A DNA stretch of 64,000 bases from Bryobacterales bacterium (GTDB lineage Bacteria; Acidobacteriota; Terriglobia; Bryobacterales; UBA6623): assembly GCA_965226215.1 (NCBI GenBank), contig CBDDCH010000001.1, forward strand, positions 666,251 through 730,250, read 5' to 3'. Below, piece after piece: positions 1 through 11,469 of the stretch. Under the pieces are notes generated by a model. That model was not told the DNA's origin. It searched no databases and saw only the letters and a list, made by a program, of their open reading frames with translations. Within the stretch, counting starts at the first letter, position 1. Each line of letters opens with the position of its first letter. Both the position numbers and the translations under genes were made by a program.

Positions 1-104
1 AGACATGTCGCCACGAATGGCGCCACGGCACGCCGGGAGGCGTGCGCCACGTTGTCAGGATGATCAGAAGGTCTCGGTCTCGGACAGCTTACTAGATAGC
101 GCGC

Positions 105-914
105 ATGTGCCCCCGGCTATTCACAATTGGCTCCTTTTCCCTGCCGACGTATGGGCTGCTGGTCGTAGCCGGTCTGTTGGTGGGACTGCTGATCGCCGGC
201 CGTCTCGGGCACCGCGTGGGGATCAACCCCGACCACGTGACCAACCTTGGCGTGTACTTGGCGCTTTCCGCCATCGTGGGCGCGAAGCTGTTCATGATTT
301 TGACCGATTGGGGTTACTACCTAGAGCATCCAAGTCGAATCTTTTCGTTAGCCACCCTGCGGGCCGGCGGTGTGTTTTACGGCGGGTTGCTGGCGGCTCT
401 TGCAACGGCCTTTTGGTTCTCCCGAAAATACGGACTTCGACCCTTGCAGACAGCCGACGTGTTCGCCCCGGCGGTGGCCATCGGTCACTCCATCGGCAGG
501 CTAGGTTGTTTCGCGGCGGGTTGCTGCTGGGGAAAGCCGTCCTCGGTGCCGTGGGCGATGGCTTTTACTGATCCGGTGGCCCAGGACTACGTAGGGGTGC
601 CGCTCAACATCCATCTGCACCCGACCCAGCTCTACGAAGCCGGGGGGACGTTGTTGATCGGGCTTGTCCTGCTTTGGTGCTTCGGGAAGCCGCATCCGCC
701 GGGAGCAATTGTTGGTCTCTACCTTGTCCTTTACTCGGCTTTTAGGTTCGGCGTTGAGTTCCTACGAGCCGAATCGGAGCGAAACTTTCCTTTCGGCGGC
801 ACACTGAGCACGACGCAGTGGGTCGCTATCTTGCTGGTGGTGGCTGGTATCGTTCTGTTAGCCCGACAGTATCGGAATGCGACCGGTCCTGTCGCCGAGC
901 AGCCCACCGGCTGA
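105..914 (+). CDS. lgt: prolipoprotein diacylglyceryl transferase
   Basis: 269-aa polytopic membrane ORF. Lgt-like N-terminus (FSLPTYGLLVVAGLLVG) and conserved HSIGRLGCFAAGCCWG block. Confidence 0.85.
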   Translation: MCPRLFTIGSFSLPTYGLLVVAGLLVGLLIAGRLGHRVGINPDHVTNLGVYLALSAIVGAKLFMILTDWGYYLEHPSRIFSLATLRAGGVFYGGLLAALATAFWFSRKYGLRPLQTADVFAPAVAIGHSIGRLGCFAAGCCWGKPSSVPWAMAFTDPVAQDYVGVPLNIHLHPTQLYEAGGTLLIGLVLLWCFGKPHPPGAIVGLYLVLYSAFRFGVEFLRAESERNFPFGGTLSTTQWVAILLVVAGIVLLARQYRNATGPVAEQPTG

Positions 915-918
915 AACC

Positions 919-3522
919 ATGGCTCCCTCCGCGGCAGGACGCCTGTTCCTGATCGACTCCTTTGGCTTGATCTTTCGAGCGTTTTACGGACGGGCGAGAA
1001 GCGGGGTACCCCCGATGCGCACCTCCACCGGGATCCCCACCGAAGCGGTTTACATCTTCTCGAACATGCTCAAGCGCTTGATCGACCAGCACCAGCCCGA
1101 CTACCTGGCCGCAGTCTGGGAAGGGAGGGGGCCTACCTTCCGCGACGAGCTTTTTGCCGACTACAAGGCGACCCGCGCCGAGACACCGCCAGAACTGATC
1201 GAGCAGATGCCCTACATCCAGCGGTGGCTCGACGCCGCTCGGGTTCCGATCCTTGCCTACGACGGCTACGAGGCAGACGACGTAATCGGTACGTTGGCCC
1301 AACAAGCGGCCCAACTCGGACGCGAAGTCTACATTGTCTCCAGCGACAAAGACTTGACCCAACTGGTCAGCGACCGCATCTTCATTCTCAATCCGATGAA
1401 GAACGATCTGGTCTATGACACTGCTGTCGTCGAAGAGTTGATGGGTGTGCCGCCGCAAAAGGTCATTGACATGATGGCCCTCAAGGGCGATTCCGTCGAC
1501 AACATCCCAGGCGCTCCTGGCATCGGGGACAAGGGAGCACGCGACCTGATCCAACAGTACGGCAGCGTCCAAGCGGCCATCGAACACGCGGCGGAAGTAA
1601 AACGCAAAACCTACCGCGAGAGCCTGCAACAGAACCGCGATCAGATCTTGCTAAGCAAGAAGCTCGTTACCCTCGCAACGGATGTTCCCGTGAAGTGGGA
1701 CCTCGAGTCTCTGCGGGCGGCCCGGCCCGACCCACAGGCGTTGGCGGACCTTTATCGCGAGCTCGAGTTTCACAGTTCGCGACAGCAGATGGAGGCACCG
1801 GCTGCCAAATCCGAGATCCAGTATCGGACGTTTGCTTCGGAGGAGGAATTTCAGGGATGGCTTGCGCATGCGGCCGGAAGTGGGAGTGGGGAAAGGCCGA
1901 TCTCGGTGGCGGTTGATCTCGCCACTGAAGATGAGCTGACGGGTGGTGGACTAGGGTTTTGTGGGGGATCGGAAGAGGCGTGTGTGTTGCCCACTGAGCT
2001 CTTGTCGGCCGCGAAAGAGTTTCTCGAAGACCGGTCTCGGCCGAAACGTGTCCATGATTCCAAGCAGGCTATCAACCAGCTCGAGCAGAAAGGAGTCTCG
2101 CCGGCTGGTGTCGTGGAAGATACAAAGCTGGCCACCTTCCTTGTCCACCCGACACTGGCGGATTATTCACTTTCAAAGCTTGCACCGCGGTTCCTAGACG
2201 CGAAGCTCGACGCCGGCCTCGCGCAGGCCGCCTATTTCACACGCCAGCTCGGCGACATTTTTTCTTCTGAGTTGGAGCAGCAGGAGTTAAAGGATCTCTA
2301 TGAGACGATCGAACTGCCGTTGGTGCCGGTGCTGGCGCGGATGGAGCGTAACGGCGTCCTGCTGGATTCGGAAGCGCTCGCTGCGCTGTCAAAGCGGATG
2401 GACGGCGAGATCGAGTCGCTGACCGCCGATATTCACGAGCTCGCCGGTTCGGTGTTCAACATCAACTCGCCAAAACAATTGGCCAAGGTGTTGTTCGAGG
2501 ATTTGAGGCTGCCCGCGCCCGCGCGCCGGGGAAAAACCAAAGCGCTTTCGACCGCGTCGGACGTACTCGAAGGGTTGGCGTCGTTACACGAAATCGCCAC
2601 GAAGATTCTCGACTACCGCCAGCTCGTCAAACTCAAGGGAACTTACGTAGACGCTCTGCCGGCGCTGGTCGATTCTTCGACTGGCCGGCTACATACGACG
2701 TTCAACCAGACGGGGGCCGCCACCGGCCGTCTGTCCTCATCTAATCCCAACTTGCAAAACATCCCGATTCGTACCGAGCTCGGACGCGAGATCCGAGCTG
2801 CCTTCGTCGCTCGCGAGGGTTGGAACCTGCTAGCGGCGGACTACTCCCAGATCGAGCTCCGCGTGCTGGCTCACATGTCGGGGGACCGTGTTTTGACTGA
2901 CGCCTTTCAGAAGGGCGAGGACATTCACACGCGGACGGCAGCGGAAGTCTTCGGTGTGCTGCCTTTGTCGGTTGGTCCCGAGGAGCGCCGCCGCGCCAAA
3001 GCAGTCAACTTCGGCATCGTCTACGGGTTGAGTGCGTTCGGTTTGTCCCAGCAACTCGGAATCCCTATTGTAGACTCGAAGAAGTACATCGACGCTTACT
3101 TCGAGCAATACTCGGGCGTTAAGGCGTTCATCGACGGCACGCTCAAGCACGTTCGATCTTCCGGGATCACCAGAACGTTGTTCGGCAGGCTGCGTCCCAT
3201 TCCCGAGATGGATAGCAGGAACCCCGCGCAACGCGGATTCGCCGAGCGAACCGCCATCAACTCGCCCATCCAAGGTTCGGCCGCCGACCTGATCAAGCTG
3301 GCTATGATTCGCGTGGATCAGCGTTTGCGCGAAGAGAAGAGGGAAGCGCTGATGCTATTGCAAGTCCACGACGAACTGCTGTTTGAAGTTCCCGAAGCGG
3401 AGATAGCCGCCGTCGCCCGGCTGGTCAAGAAAGAGATGGAAGGAGTTTACGATCTCAAAGTCCCGATCGTCGCGGATGTGAAAGTCGGCAAGAACTGGCG
3501 GGACATGGAGCGGGTTCGCTGA
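919..3522 (+). CDS. polA: DNA polymerase I
   Basis: 5'-3' exonuclease N-domain (LFLIDSFGLIFRAFY) and family-A polymerase motifs (DYSQIELRVLAH, QVHDELLFE). ATG at 919 preferred because the 877 start overlaps lgt. Confidence 0.95.
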   Translation: MAPSAAGRLFLIDSFGLIFRAFYGRARSGVPPMRTSTGIPTEAVYIFSNMLKRLIDQHQPDYLAAVWEGRGPTFRDELFADYKATRAETPPELIEQMPYIQRWLDAARVPILAYDGYEADDVIGTLAQQAAQLGREVYIVSSDKDLTQLVSDRIFILNPMKNDLVYDTAVVEELMGVPPQKVIDMMALKGDSVDNIPGAPGIGDKGARDLIQQYGSVQAAIEHAAEVKRKTYRESLQQNRDQILLSKKLVTLATDVPVKWDLESLRAARPDPQALADLYRELEFHSSRQQMEAPAAKSEIQYRTFASEEEFQGWLAHAAGSGSGERPISVAVDLATEDELTGGGLGFCGGSEEACVLPTELLSAAKEFLEDRSRPKRVHDSKQAINQLEQKGVSPAGVVEDTKLATFLVHPTLADYSLSKLAPRFLDAKLDAGLAQAAYFTRQLGDIFSSELEQQELKDLYETIELPLVPVLARMERNGVLLDSEALAALSKRMDGEIESLTADIHELAGSVFNINSPKQLAKVLFEDLRLPAPARRGKTKALSTASDVLEGLASLHEIATKILDYRQLVKLKGTYVDALPALVDSSTGRLHTTFNQTGAATGRLSSSNPNLQNIPIRTELGREIRAAFVAREGWNLLAADYSQIELRVLAHMSGDRVLTDAFQKGEDIHTRTAAEVFGVLPLSVGPEERRRAKAVNFGIVYGLSAFGLSQQLGIPIVDSKKYIDAYFEQYSGVKAFIDGTLKHVRSSGITRTLFGRLRPIPEMDSRNPAQRGFAERTAINSPIQGSAADLIKLAMIRVDQRLREEKREALMLLQVHDELLFEVPEAEIAAVARLVKKEMEGVYDLKVPIVADVKVGKNWRDMERVR

Positions 3523-3533
3523 AAGGCTGTCCT

Positions 3534-5876
3534 TCAGATACGAGCGGTATCCGACCCGTCCTGGAAGAAAAGTTTTTCTTGACTGGTGAGGATTGCCTCT
3601 TTATCACGGGATCGAGACCCCTCGGCAGTTAAGTACGACCGCATCGCCCTGGCCACCAACAACCGTGCGTCGGGGCCATAAGCGGCGAGCTGGGCGTCGA
3701 TCCACTCGTTGACGGCTTGTGCGGTGGTTTCCGAGTTCAGGAGGGCCTGGGCCTGCGATTCGAAGGCAGGGATAAACTTCTCAGCGAAATGGCGTTTGTT
3801 TTCGAGGGAGACAAGGTCGGAGATTTCGAGGGCGTAGTCGGGAAGCTCAACGTCGATAAGCGCCAGCATCGACTTCATAAAAGAGTTCGAAAAAGCAAGA
3901 ACCTCATCGTCCACCGTGCGGCGGACTTCCCAGAACCGCTCGTCTGGGGCGTCGGCGCCCACCGGCTCGGACCGTTTTTCGATGTAGACTTTGTTCTTCG
4001 GCTCGGTCCCGGAAGGACGAATAATCGCTCGCAGACCGCCTTCCATAGTGATGGTCAGAAGGTTTCGTGAACTGCGGTCGGTCCCCGACTTGAAGGGCCC
4101 GAAAACGCCCTCATCCCAGTAGTCGGCGACGGAGGTAACCTGCAAACCACCCATCGAAGCAGGCGGATGGGTACGCAGCGCCTGCTGAATTTTCGCAATG
4201 GCCGCCGTGCCGGCCGCGCCTTGCACGATGGTCGATCGCAAGAGATTGCGGTGATACCCATAGCGCTTGTAGGTGTCGATCAAATACCGATACAGGCTGT
4301 TGCCTTGTTCTTTCAACTCTGACGTCAGCTCGGCCAGAACAAGGGCCGCACCGGCAGCGTCTTTGTCGCGGACTTCGGGAGTAACCAAGATCCCGTGGCT
4401 CTCCTCGGCCGCCAACACGAAATCTTCGAGGCGGGCCTTCACTCCATCGAATTGGCCGGTACGTTCGAGGTGGTCCAGAATATCTCCGACATACTTGAAC
4501 CCCACGAGCAAATTGCCGATGATCTGCGCGCCGAAGGATTCGGCAATGCGCGCCATGAGGCCCGTCGTCACCTGGGTCTTGATGATTAGCGGGGCGGCGG
4601 GGAGCTTCCCCGCTCGCTGAAGCGACTCGAGCCGGTAGCGCGTCAATATCACAGCCAGTTCATTGCCGTTGATGAAGACGAAATCATCTTCCCAAGGAAC
4701 CGCCGCGCCGATGCGGTCGGCGTCCGGGTCTGTCGCCAGCACGAGATCCGCGCCGACCTGTTTGGCCTGCTCGATCGCCAGGTCCATCGATTCGGGCACT
4801 TCCGGATTCGGAGTGCGGAATTTGACGTTGGCGAAATCGCCACGATAGGGGCGTTGAGCTTCAACGGTGAAAAATTGCTTGCCCTCCTCAAAACCGGCCG
4901 CCCGTAAACACCGGCCTACGGTGTTTCGGCCCGTGCCGTGAAGGGGCGTGTAGACGATCTTGGCGGGGCCCGGCTCGCTGCGCAGGCGCAAGCTTAGGTT
5001 GACATCCACATACGCCTGGCGGTGCCCGTCGGTGACCGGTCGGATCAGACCGGATTCCAGCGCTTTTTCGTAGGGCATGCTCTTGACATCAGTGATTGTC
5101 TCGACGATCTTGACCATTTCCTCGTCGTGGGGGGGAATCTCCTGGCCGCCGCGACTGTTGTAAAACTTGCCGCCATTGTCGTCGGGATGATTGTGGGAAG
5201 CGCTGACGTTGAGGCCCCCGTGCGCGTCGACCTGGCGAATCAAAAAGGAAAGCTCCGGTGTCGAAAGGTAGTCGTCGAGATCATCGGGGAGCATGTAGAC
5301 CAAGACTCCCGCGGCGCAATAGACCGCTGCCGCGATGTGCGCGAAATCCTTGGACGAAAGCCCAAGGACTGGGTTCGGTACGTCCGCGGGGTAGTGCTGT
5401 CGCAAGTCCGAGTAGCGGCGGACGTCATAGGCGACCACCACTTTAAGATCCGACTCATCCGGGAACCGCCGGCGCAGGTATTCGACGTGACCCTGAACCG
5501 ACGAGGCGATCGTATAGGGATTGATTCGATTGGGTCCTATGCCGACCGGTCCGCGACGTCCTCCGGTACCGAACGGCATCACCTGGTAGAAGCTGTCCAA
5601 CACAAGGTTGAACTTCTCGGCGGTGATCATCCACTCGACGAGAGGCCGATAATCGTTCGATTCACCGTCGAGCAAGGAGGCAAACTTGTCGTGGTCGAGC
5701 CAGTCCTCAAGGTGGGCGACGGCAGACCGCTTGATGTCCGCGTCCAAGCGGAGCGCCTGGAAGCCGGCTTTGGTGCGGTCTACCAATGCTGCGCTGCTCA
5801 GCGGCACCGAATGGGTTCTCCTTGAATTACAAGGATAGGGGAAAACGGAGGGTTGGCCAGTGTGAATCTCAGGCAT
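3534..5876 (-). CDS. alpha-D-phosphohexomutase family protein (PGM/PMM-like) with long C-terminal extension
   Basis: 780 aa. Catalytic-serine loop SASHNHPDDNG and metal loop ATDPDADR. The last ~200 aa carry no motif I recognise. Start codon uncertain. Confidence 0.8.
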   Translation of the reverse strand: MPEIHTGQPSVFPYPCNSRRTHSVPLSSAALVDRTKAGFQALRLDADIKRSAVAHLEDWLDHDKFASLLDGESNDYRPLVEWMITAEKFNLVLDSFYQVMPFGTGGRRGPVGIGPNRINPYTIASSVQGHVEYLRRRFPDESDLKVVVAYDVRRYSDLRQHYPADVPNPVLGLSSKDFAHIAAAVYCAAGVLVYMLPDDLDDYLSTPELSFLIRQVDAHGGLNVSASHNHPDDNGGKFYNSRGGQEIPPHDEEMVKIVETITDVKSMPYEKALESGLIRPVTDGHRQAYVDVNLSLRLRSEPGPAKIVYTPLHGTGRNTVGRCLRAAGFEEGKQFFTVEAQRPYRGDFANVKFRTPNPEVPESMDLAIEQAKQVGADLVLATDPDADRIGAAVPWEDDFVFINGNELAVILTRYRLESLQRAGKLPAAPLIIKTQVTTGLMARIAESFGAQIIGNLLVGFKYVGDILDHLERTGQFDGVKARLEDFVLAAEESHGILVTPEVRDKDAAGAALVLAELTSELKEQGNSLYRYLIDTYKRYGYHRNLLRSTIVQGAAGTAAIAKIQQALRTHPPASMGGLQVTSVADYWDEGVFGPFKSGTDRSSRNLLTITMEGGLRAIIRPSGTEPKNKVYIEKRSEPVGADAPDERFWEVRRTVDDEVLAFSNSFMKSMLALIDVELPDYALEISDLVSLENKRHFAEKFIPAFESQAQALLNSETTAQAVNEWIDAQLAAYGPDARLLVARAMRSYLTAEGSRSRDKEAILTSQEKLFFQDGSDTARI

Positions 5877-5902
5877 GGGCGGACACGGTGGTCCGCCCCT
5901 AC
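5877..5902 (-). repeat. REP-like GTAG-flanked hairpin
   Basis: GGGCGGAC-acggtg-GTCCGCCC is followed directly by CTAC, which reads GTAG + hairpin on the minus strand. Confidence 0.45.
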
Positions 5903-5970
5903 AGATAACGTTCGTTCAACGCTAGCCATCCAAACCTTCGTGAGAAAAGCGGGCTAATTCGGCGACACCC

Positions 5971-5993
5971 ACAGGCAGGATTGCCTGTTCTAC
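5971..5993 (-). repeat. REP-like GTAG-flanked hairpin
   Basis: ACAGGCA-ggat-TGCCTGT followed by tCTAC. Confidence 0.35.
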
Positions 5994-6032
5994 CGACTTC
6001 CGGAACAGGCTGGTACGCTACGGATCGGCAGT

Positions 6033-7196
6033 CTATTCCAGATCAGCGGGTTCGCCGCTGAAGACTGGGGCGGGGCCGTGGAAGTAGCCCGGCCGCGACC
6101 GAACTTTTAGGCCTCTGTAGTTCACTTGCACCTTGATGCGGTGGAAGATACCGCCCTCGTTCAAGTTGTTGGGGCGATAGGTCAGCAGATACTGACTTCG
6201 AATGTCTTCTCCAATCGCAGCGATCGATTCTTGCAGTCCGGACTCCGTCCGAGGACTATAATCCCTGCCCCCGGTGCCCTTCGCCAGCAACTCGAGCGGG
6301 TTGCTAAAGATCAGATTCTTCGCGCCCCTGACCAGGTCGATAATGACGGGAATCACATTGCCGGTTACGTCGTAACGGCTCTGTTGCATTGTCGTCGGCG
6401 TTGCCACCTGACCGGGCGCTACCGGCCGCGCCTGAACTCCCGGGGGAATAGGATCCGGATTCACTTTCGGCCAGTTGCTGACCCGTGCCGAAGCGGTCGA
6501 AAGCCGAATAGGATAGACCATGATGTCATGCAATTGTGCGGTGCGTAAGGTTTCGCCAAGGCCGATGTTACTTCCGTTCTCTTGGGACTCAGAGATCACC
6601 ACGATGATCTTGCGGTGTTCGCTGGGCCGCCGAACGAGCAGGCGGATGGCCTCATATACCCCGTCACTCAGCCGTACCGCGTCACTACCGATAGTGATCC
6701 TTTTTAGAGCTTTCTCGATCTTTTTGTGATCGCTCGTAAAGTCTTCCATCAGCCGCACACGGTTGTCGAAAGCGATCAAAGCCGCCTCGCCGAACTCACC
6801 CAAAACCATATCAGTGAAAATGATGGCGGTCTTCGTGACATCGGGAAGCAACTTCTCCACTCGGCCGCTGGACTGAATGCATATCACCATCGAGATCGGT
6901 AGGAATGCAACCTCGAAGCTGTCGATAAGCTGTTCGGCTTCGTTGTCGAGGATCGTGAAATCGGCCTTCTCTAACCCTGAGACGTATTCTCCTCTCGGCC
7001 CGAGAACCGTTACAGGTACGGTCACGACGTCCACGGTTGAAACGAAGACGGGGCCGTCGCTAACCGTCAGAACCTCGGGCTGACCTGCGTCCTGAGTCTT
7101 GGACCCTTGGCTCCAGGCGGCGGGGGGAAACAACAGCTGAAAAGCCAACCACGTTGTTAGGATCGGCCAGGCAACCGTTCGGGCGCGGACTTTCAT
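6033..7196 (-). CDS. secreted VWA domain protein, acidobacterial TIGR03436-like
   Basis: Signal peptide from the internal ATG at 7196 (MKVRARTVAWPILTTWLAFQLLF). VWA-fold core and a family-typical C-terminus (YLLTYRPNN...FHRIKVQV...RPGYF). Confidence 0.75.
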   Translation of the reverse strand: MKVRARTVAWPILTTWLAFQLLFPPAAWSQGSKTQDAGQPEVLTVSDGPVFVSTVDVVTVPVTVLGPRGEYVSGLEKADFTILDNEAEQLIDSFEVAFLPISMVICIQSSGRVEKLLPDVTKTAIIFTDMVLGEFGEAALIAFDNRVRLMEDFTSDHKKIEKALKRITIGSDAVRLSDGVYEAIRLLVRRPSEHRKIIVVISESQENGSNIGLGETLRTAQLHDIMVYPIRLSTASARVSNWPKVNPDPIPPGVQARPVAPGQVATPTTMQQSRYDVTGNVIPVIIDLVRGAKNLIFSNPLELLAKGTGGRDYSPRTESGLQESIAAIGEDIRSQYLLTYRPNNLNEGGIFHRIKVQVNYRGLKVRSRPGYFHGPAPVFSGEPADLE

Positions 7197-7366
7197 TCGG
7201 TCCCGGAACGGTCGTAGCGGGCATGTTTCCGGCGAATCGCCTTGAGAGACGGATTGACGGGCAAGACCGCCCGTCTTCGGGTCATGGATCGGAGCTGACA
7301 CGGCTCAATAGTAGACTACGTTCGGCGTCACTGGTCGGGTTCTTGTCGGCGACGCGCCTGTTTCTA

Positions 7367-7843
7367 TTATGTGGTCGTTTGGGAGCGGCGGTAGGAGCCA
7401 CTTTTGCCGCCCTTTTTCTCCACAAGATAAACGTCGCTGATCTCGATCGACTTGTCGAGAGCCTTCGTCATGTCATAGATGGTCAGCGCGGCGATCGAAG
7501 CGGCGGTCAACGCCTCCATTTCAACACCGGTCGCGGCGGTTGTGGCGACCTCGGTGTGGATTTCAGCGCCGTCTTCGCGTAGGTCGATTCGCACGTCCAC
7601 GTTGGTCAACATCAGAGGGTGGCAGAGAGGAATGAGCTCCGACGTACGTTTGGCGCCGCTGATTCCCGCAATCCTTGCGACTTCCAGGGGGTTCCCTTTG
7701 GGATTGTCGGGCAGCTTGCGGATGACTTCCGGGGACAGCTTGACGAAAGCATGAGCCCGGGCTGTGCGGTAAGTCGGTTTCTTGTCGGTGACGTCCACCA
7801 TGCGGACAGCCCCGCTGTCGTCGAAATGGGAAAGCGAGTTCAT
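7367..7843 (-). CDS. moaC: cyclic pyranopterin monophosphate synthase
   Basis: MoaC-like sequence (VRMVDVTDK...LIPLCHPL...TGVEMEALTA). ATG at 7843 overlaps the moeA stop as ATGA. The upstream extension to 7954 is rejected. Confidence 0.9.
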   Translation of the reverse strand: MNSLSHFDDSGAVRMVDVTDKKPTYRTARAHAFVKLSPEVIRKLPDNPKGNPLEVARIAGISGAKRTSELIPLCHPLMLTNVDVRIDLREDGAEIHTEVATTAATGVEMEALTAASIAALTIYDMTKALDKSIEISDVYLVEKKGGKSGSYRRSQTTT

Positions 7844-9165
7844 CGAGGCAGAACCGAAATCCAGTCGCCCGCGGCCCAGGAGGCTCGGTCCGTGGAGGCC
7901 ACCAAGAAACAGTTGGCTTTCGCGAAGGCGACCAGGTCGCCGGACCCCTGCCATTTTACCGGATTCACCGTCGCCTCACCGTAGTCGCCGGCCAGTCGGG
8001 CGGGCAGGAACCGCGTGAGGACTGGCTTGTGCTTGAAGTCCGAGACGAGCCTGGCTGCGAAGAAAGGAAGTGGTGAGTCCGACCGACCGGCCAGTCGGTC
8101 AAGCGCCATGCGCGCGAAGACTTCGAACGTCACCATGGTCGAGATCGGATTCCCCGGCAAACCGAAGACCGGGGTGCCGGCGACTTGTCCGAAGACCAAA
8201 GGCTTTCCGGGCTGGATTAATACTTGTGTGAAATAGAACTCGGCGCCGAGGTCCGTCAGTACCCGCTCGACGAAGTCGTACTTGCCCATGGAAACGCCCC
8301 CGGAGAGCAGCAGCATGTCGGCCTCTAGCCCCTGCTCGACCAACTCTCGGGTGCGGTTGATCTCGTCAGGAGCGATGGCCAAAATTCTTGCCTCGCCTCC
8401 GCGGCGGCGAACCTGCATCGCCAGGGCGTGAGCGTTGGAGTTCCGTATCTGGAACGGCTCGGGTTTTTCGGTAACCTCGACCACCTCGTCGCCAGTGGAG
8501 AGGATCGCCACTCGAGGCTTGCGATAAACCTCGATCTCGCTGTAACCGGTCGCCGCCAACAAAGCGATTTCGGGATACTCCAGATTCTTACCCGCCGCGA
8601 GGATGACGTTGCCGGCCTCCGTTTCGCTCCCCCGAAGAATCAAATTCTTTCCCGCGGGGACGCCCCTTTCCAGCGTGACGTGTTCGCCGTCCCGGGTCGA
8701 ATGCTCCCACATGACGACGGCGTCCGCCCCCTCGGGGCCTGGGGCTCCGGTCATAATTTCGACCGTCTCGCCGCTTTCGATTCGAAACCGGGAAAGCTCT
8801 CCGGCCCGGGTCTGGCCAAGCACCTTCAAGCGTGCTGGAGGATTCGCGACGTCTGAGGCACGCACTGCGAACCCGTCCCGGGCCGAGCGATTGAACGGTG
8901 GGTAGTTCCGGTCGGAGCGGATATCTTCCGCCAGCACCCGCCCTAGTGCCGCGCCCAGAGACGTTGACTCGGTGGCAGGCGTCGAAGCGATCTCATTCAT
9001 TCGCCCCGACACCACCGCCCGCGCCTGCTCGAACGTGAGTGCCTGCTTGGCGGTGGGTTGTTGCACGATTTCAGAATGAGAACAGCGTCCCAGTTGTGGG
9101 CAAGTCGGCAAATTTTTCACCGACACTTGCCCGACGAATTCTTGCCCCGGGCTGCTCGCTCGCAT
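7840..9165 (-). CDS. moeA: molybdopterin molybdotransferase
   Basis: MoeA-like domains (LGRVLAEDIRSDRNYPPFNRSARDGFAV, GGVSMGKYDF, PGNPIST). Exact start uncertain. Confidence 0.85.
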   Translation of the reverse strand: MRASSPGQEFVGQVSVKNLPTCPQLGRCSHSEIVQQPTAKQALTFEQARAVVSGRMNEIASTPATESTSLGAALGRVLAEDIRSDRNYPPFNRSARDGFAVRASDVANPPARLKVLGQTRAGELSRFRIESGETVEIMTGAPGPEGADAVVMWEHSTRDGEHVTLERGVPAGKNLILRGSETEAGNVILAAGKNLEYPEIALLAATGYSEIEVYRKPRVAILSTGDEVVEVTEKPEPFQIRNSNAHALAMQVRRRGGEARILAIAPDEINRTRELVEQGLEADMLLLSGGVSMGKYDFVERVLTDLGAEFYFTQVLIQPGKPLVFGQVAGTPVFGLPGNPISTMVTFEVFARMALDRLAGRSDSPLPFFAARLVSDFKHKPVLTRFLPARLAGDYGEATVNPVKWQGSGDLVAFAKANCFLVASTDRASWAAGDWISVLPR

Positions 9166-9243
9166 TTCTCACGAGCTGACGGTCGAAGCAAGCGACAGGC
9201 CCGCTATGACTTCGTTGCGCTTGCTCGCCGCCGGCTCGAGTCT

Positions 9244-10632
<1,389 letters not shown>

Positions 10633-10897
10633 TTAGACGAAATCCGCGGGGTCCGGCTGCTTCCCAATTCTACCGGCTGTCGGGCTCGGGTGTAAATCGA
10701 AGCCGGTGCGCTGATACTGCCTTGATTAGGTTTGCGGTGGTCCTGGCACCGCAGGAAGCCACCGGTCAGTCACATGTGCTCCGCAAAACTGTCAATGGAG
10801 TTATAGAAGTTTTTCCTTTGTCTTTAGTGAGTTACGGTAACCGGAGGAGGAGAGACTGTAGATCTAAGCCGTGAACGGCACCGGACAGCAGCGCGGC

Positions 10898-11315
10898 TCA
10901 CGTCAGATGCTGGAAATCGGAAGCGGAAAGTTGCGTCGTCTTCTTCACCGTGTCAAACAAGTCCTTCCGGATTGCGGCCACCAATTGGGCCATGGCTGTT
11001 CGGCCGTCCAAATTCTTCTGTTCCGGTGGAACATTACCCTTGTTGTGTGTTCAGGAATGCATACAGGTTGTTGACCACGCCGTCTGGTGCATACAGCCAT
11101 GCTAAGCGTGTTTGCTCAACGAACTGTGTAGCGTCAGCCGGTTTCCCGCCCTTGTAAAAGGCGGAAAGGGAGGTCAGGAGTTCACGGTATAACTTCTCCT
11201 TGCGGTTATACTCATCCTGGGCTCGCTGTTGTGATTGAGACTTGAGCCACACAAAAACTGACCAACACCATGCTCCGATCCCACCAACAACGCCAACAAA
11301 GAATTGCCAATCCAT
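10898..11315 (-). pseudogene. small membrane protein gene interrupted by a 1-nt frameshift
   Basis: The 93-aa ORF has an N-terminal TM helix and ends at TAA 11034-11036. The +1 frame continues for 45 protein-like codons to TGA 10898-10900. The local patch is AT-richer than its flanks. Confidence 0.35.
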
Positions 11316-11469
11316 TCCAGTACCTCCGTGCCAAAGAGAACTTTCTTCTGGTGTGAGTCAATAGCCTTCCTCTATCGCTGCCCGGCTTTAAAAGGAACAA
11401 GGTAGCCTATTACCTAAATCGAAGCTTCGGGATTGGAAAAACGGCGCCGATCCGAGAGCCCTTCTCTGA

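Noticed and set aside
5-571. 188-aa ORF at the window start overlapping lgt in another frame
   Set aside because: Arg/Pro-rich composition typical of an off-frame reading of GC-rich coding DNA. The lgt frame has clear family motifs.
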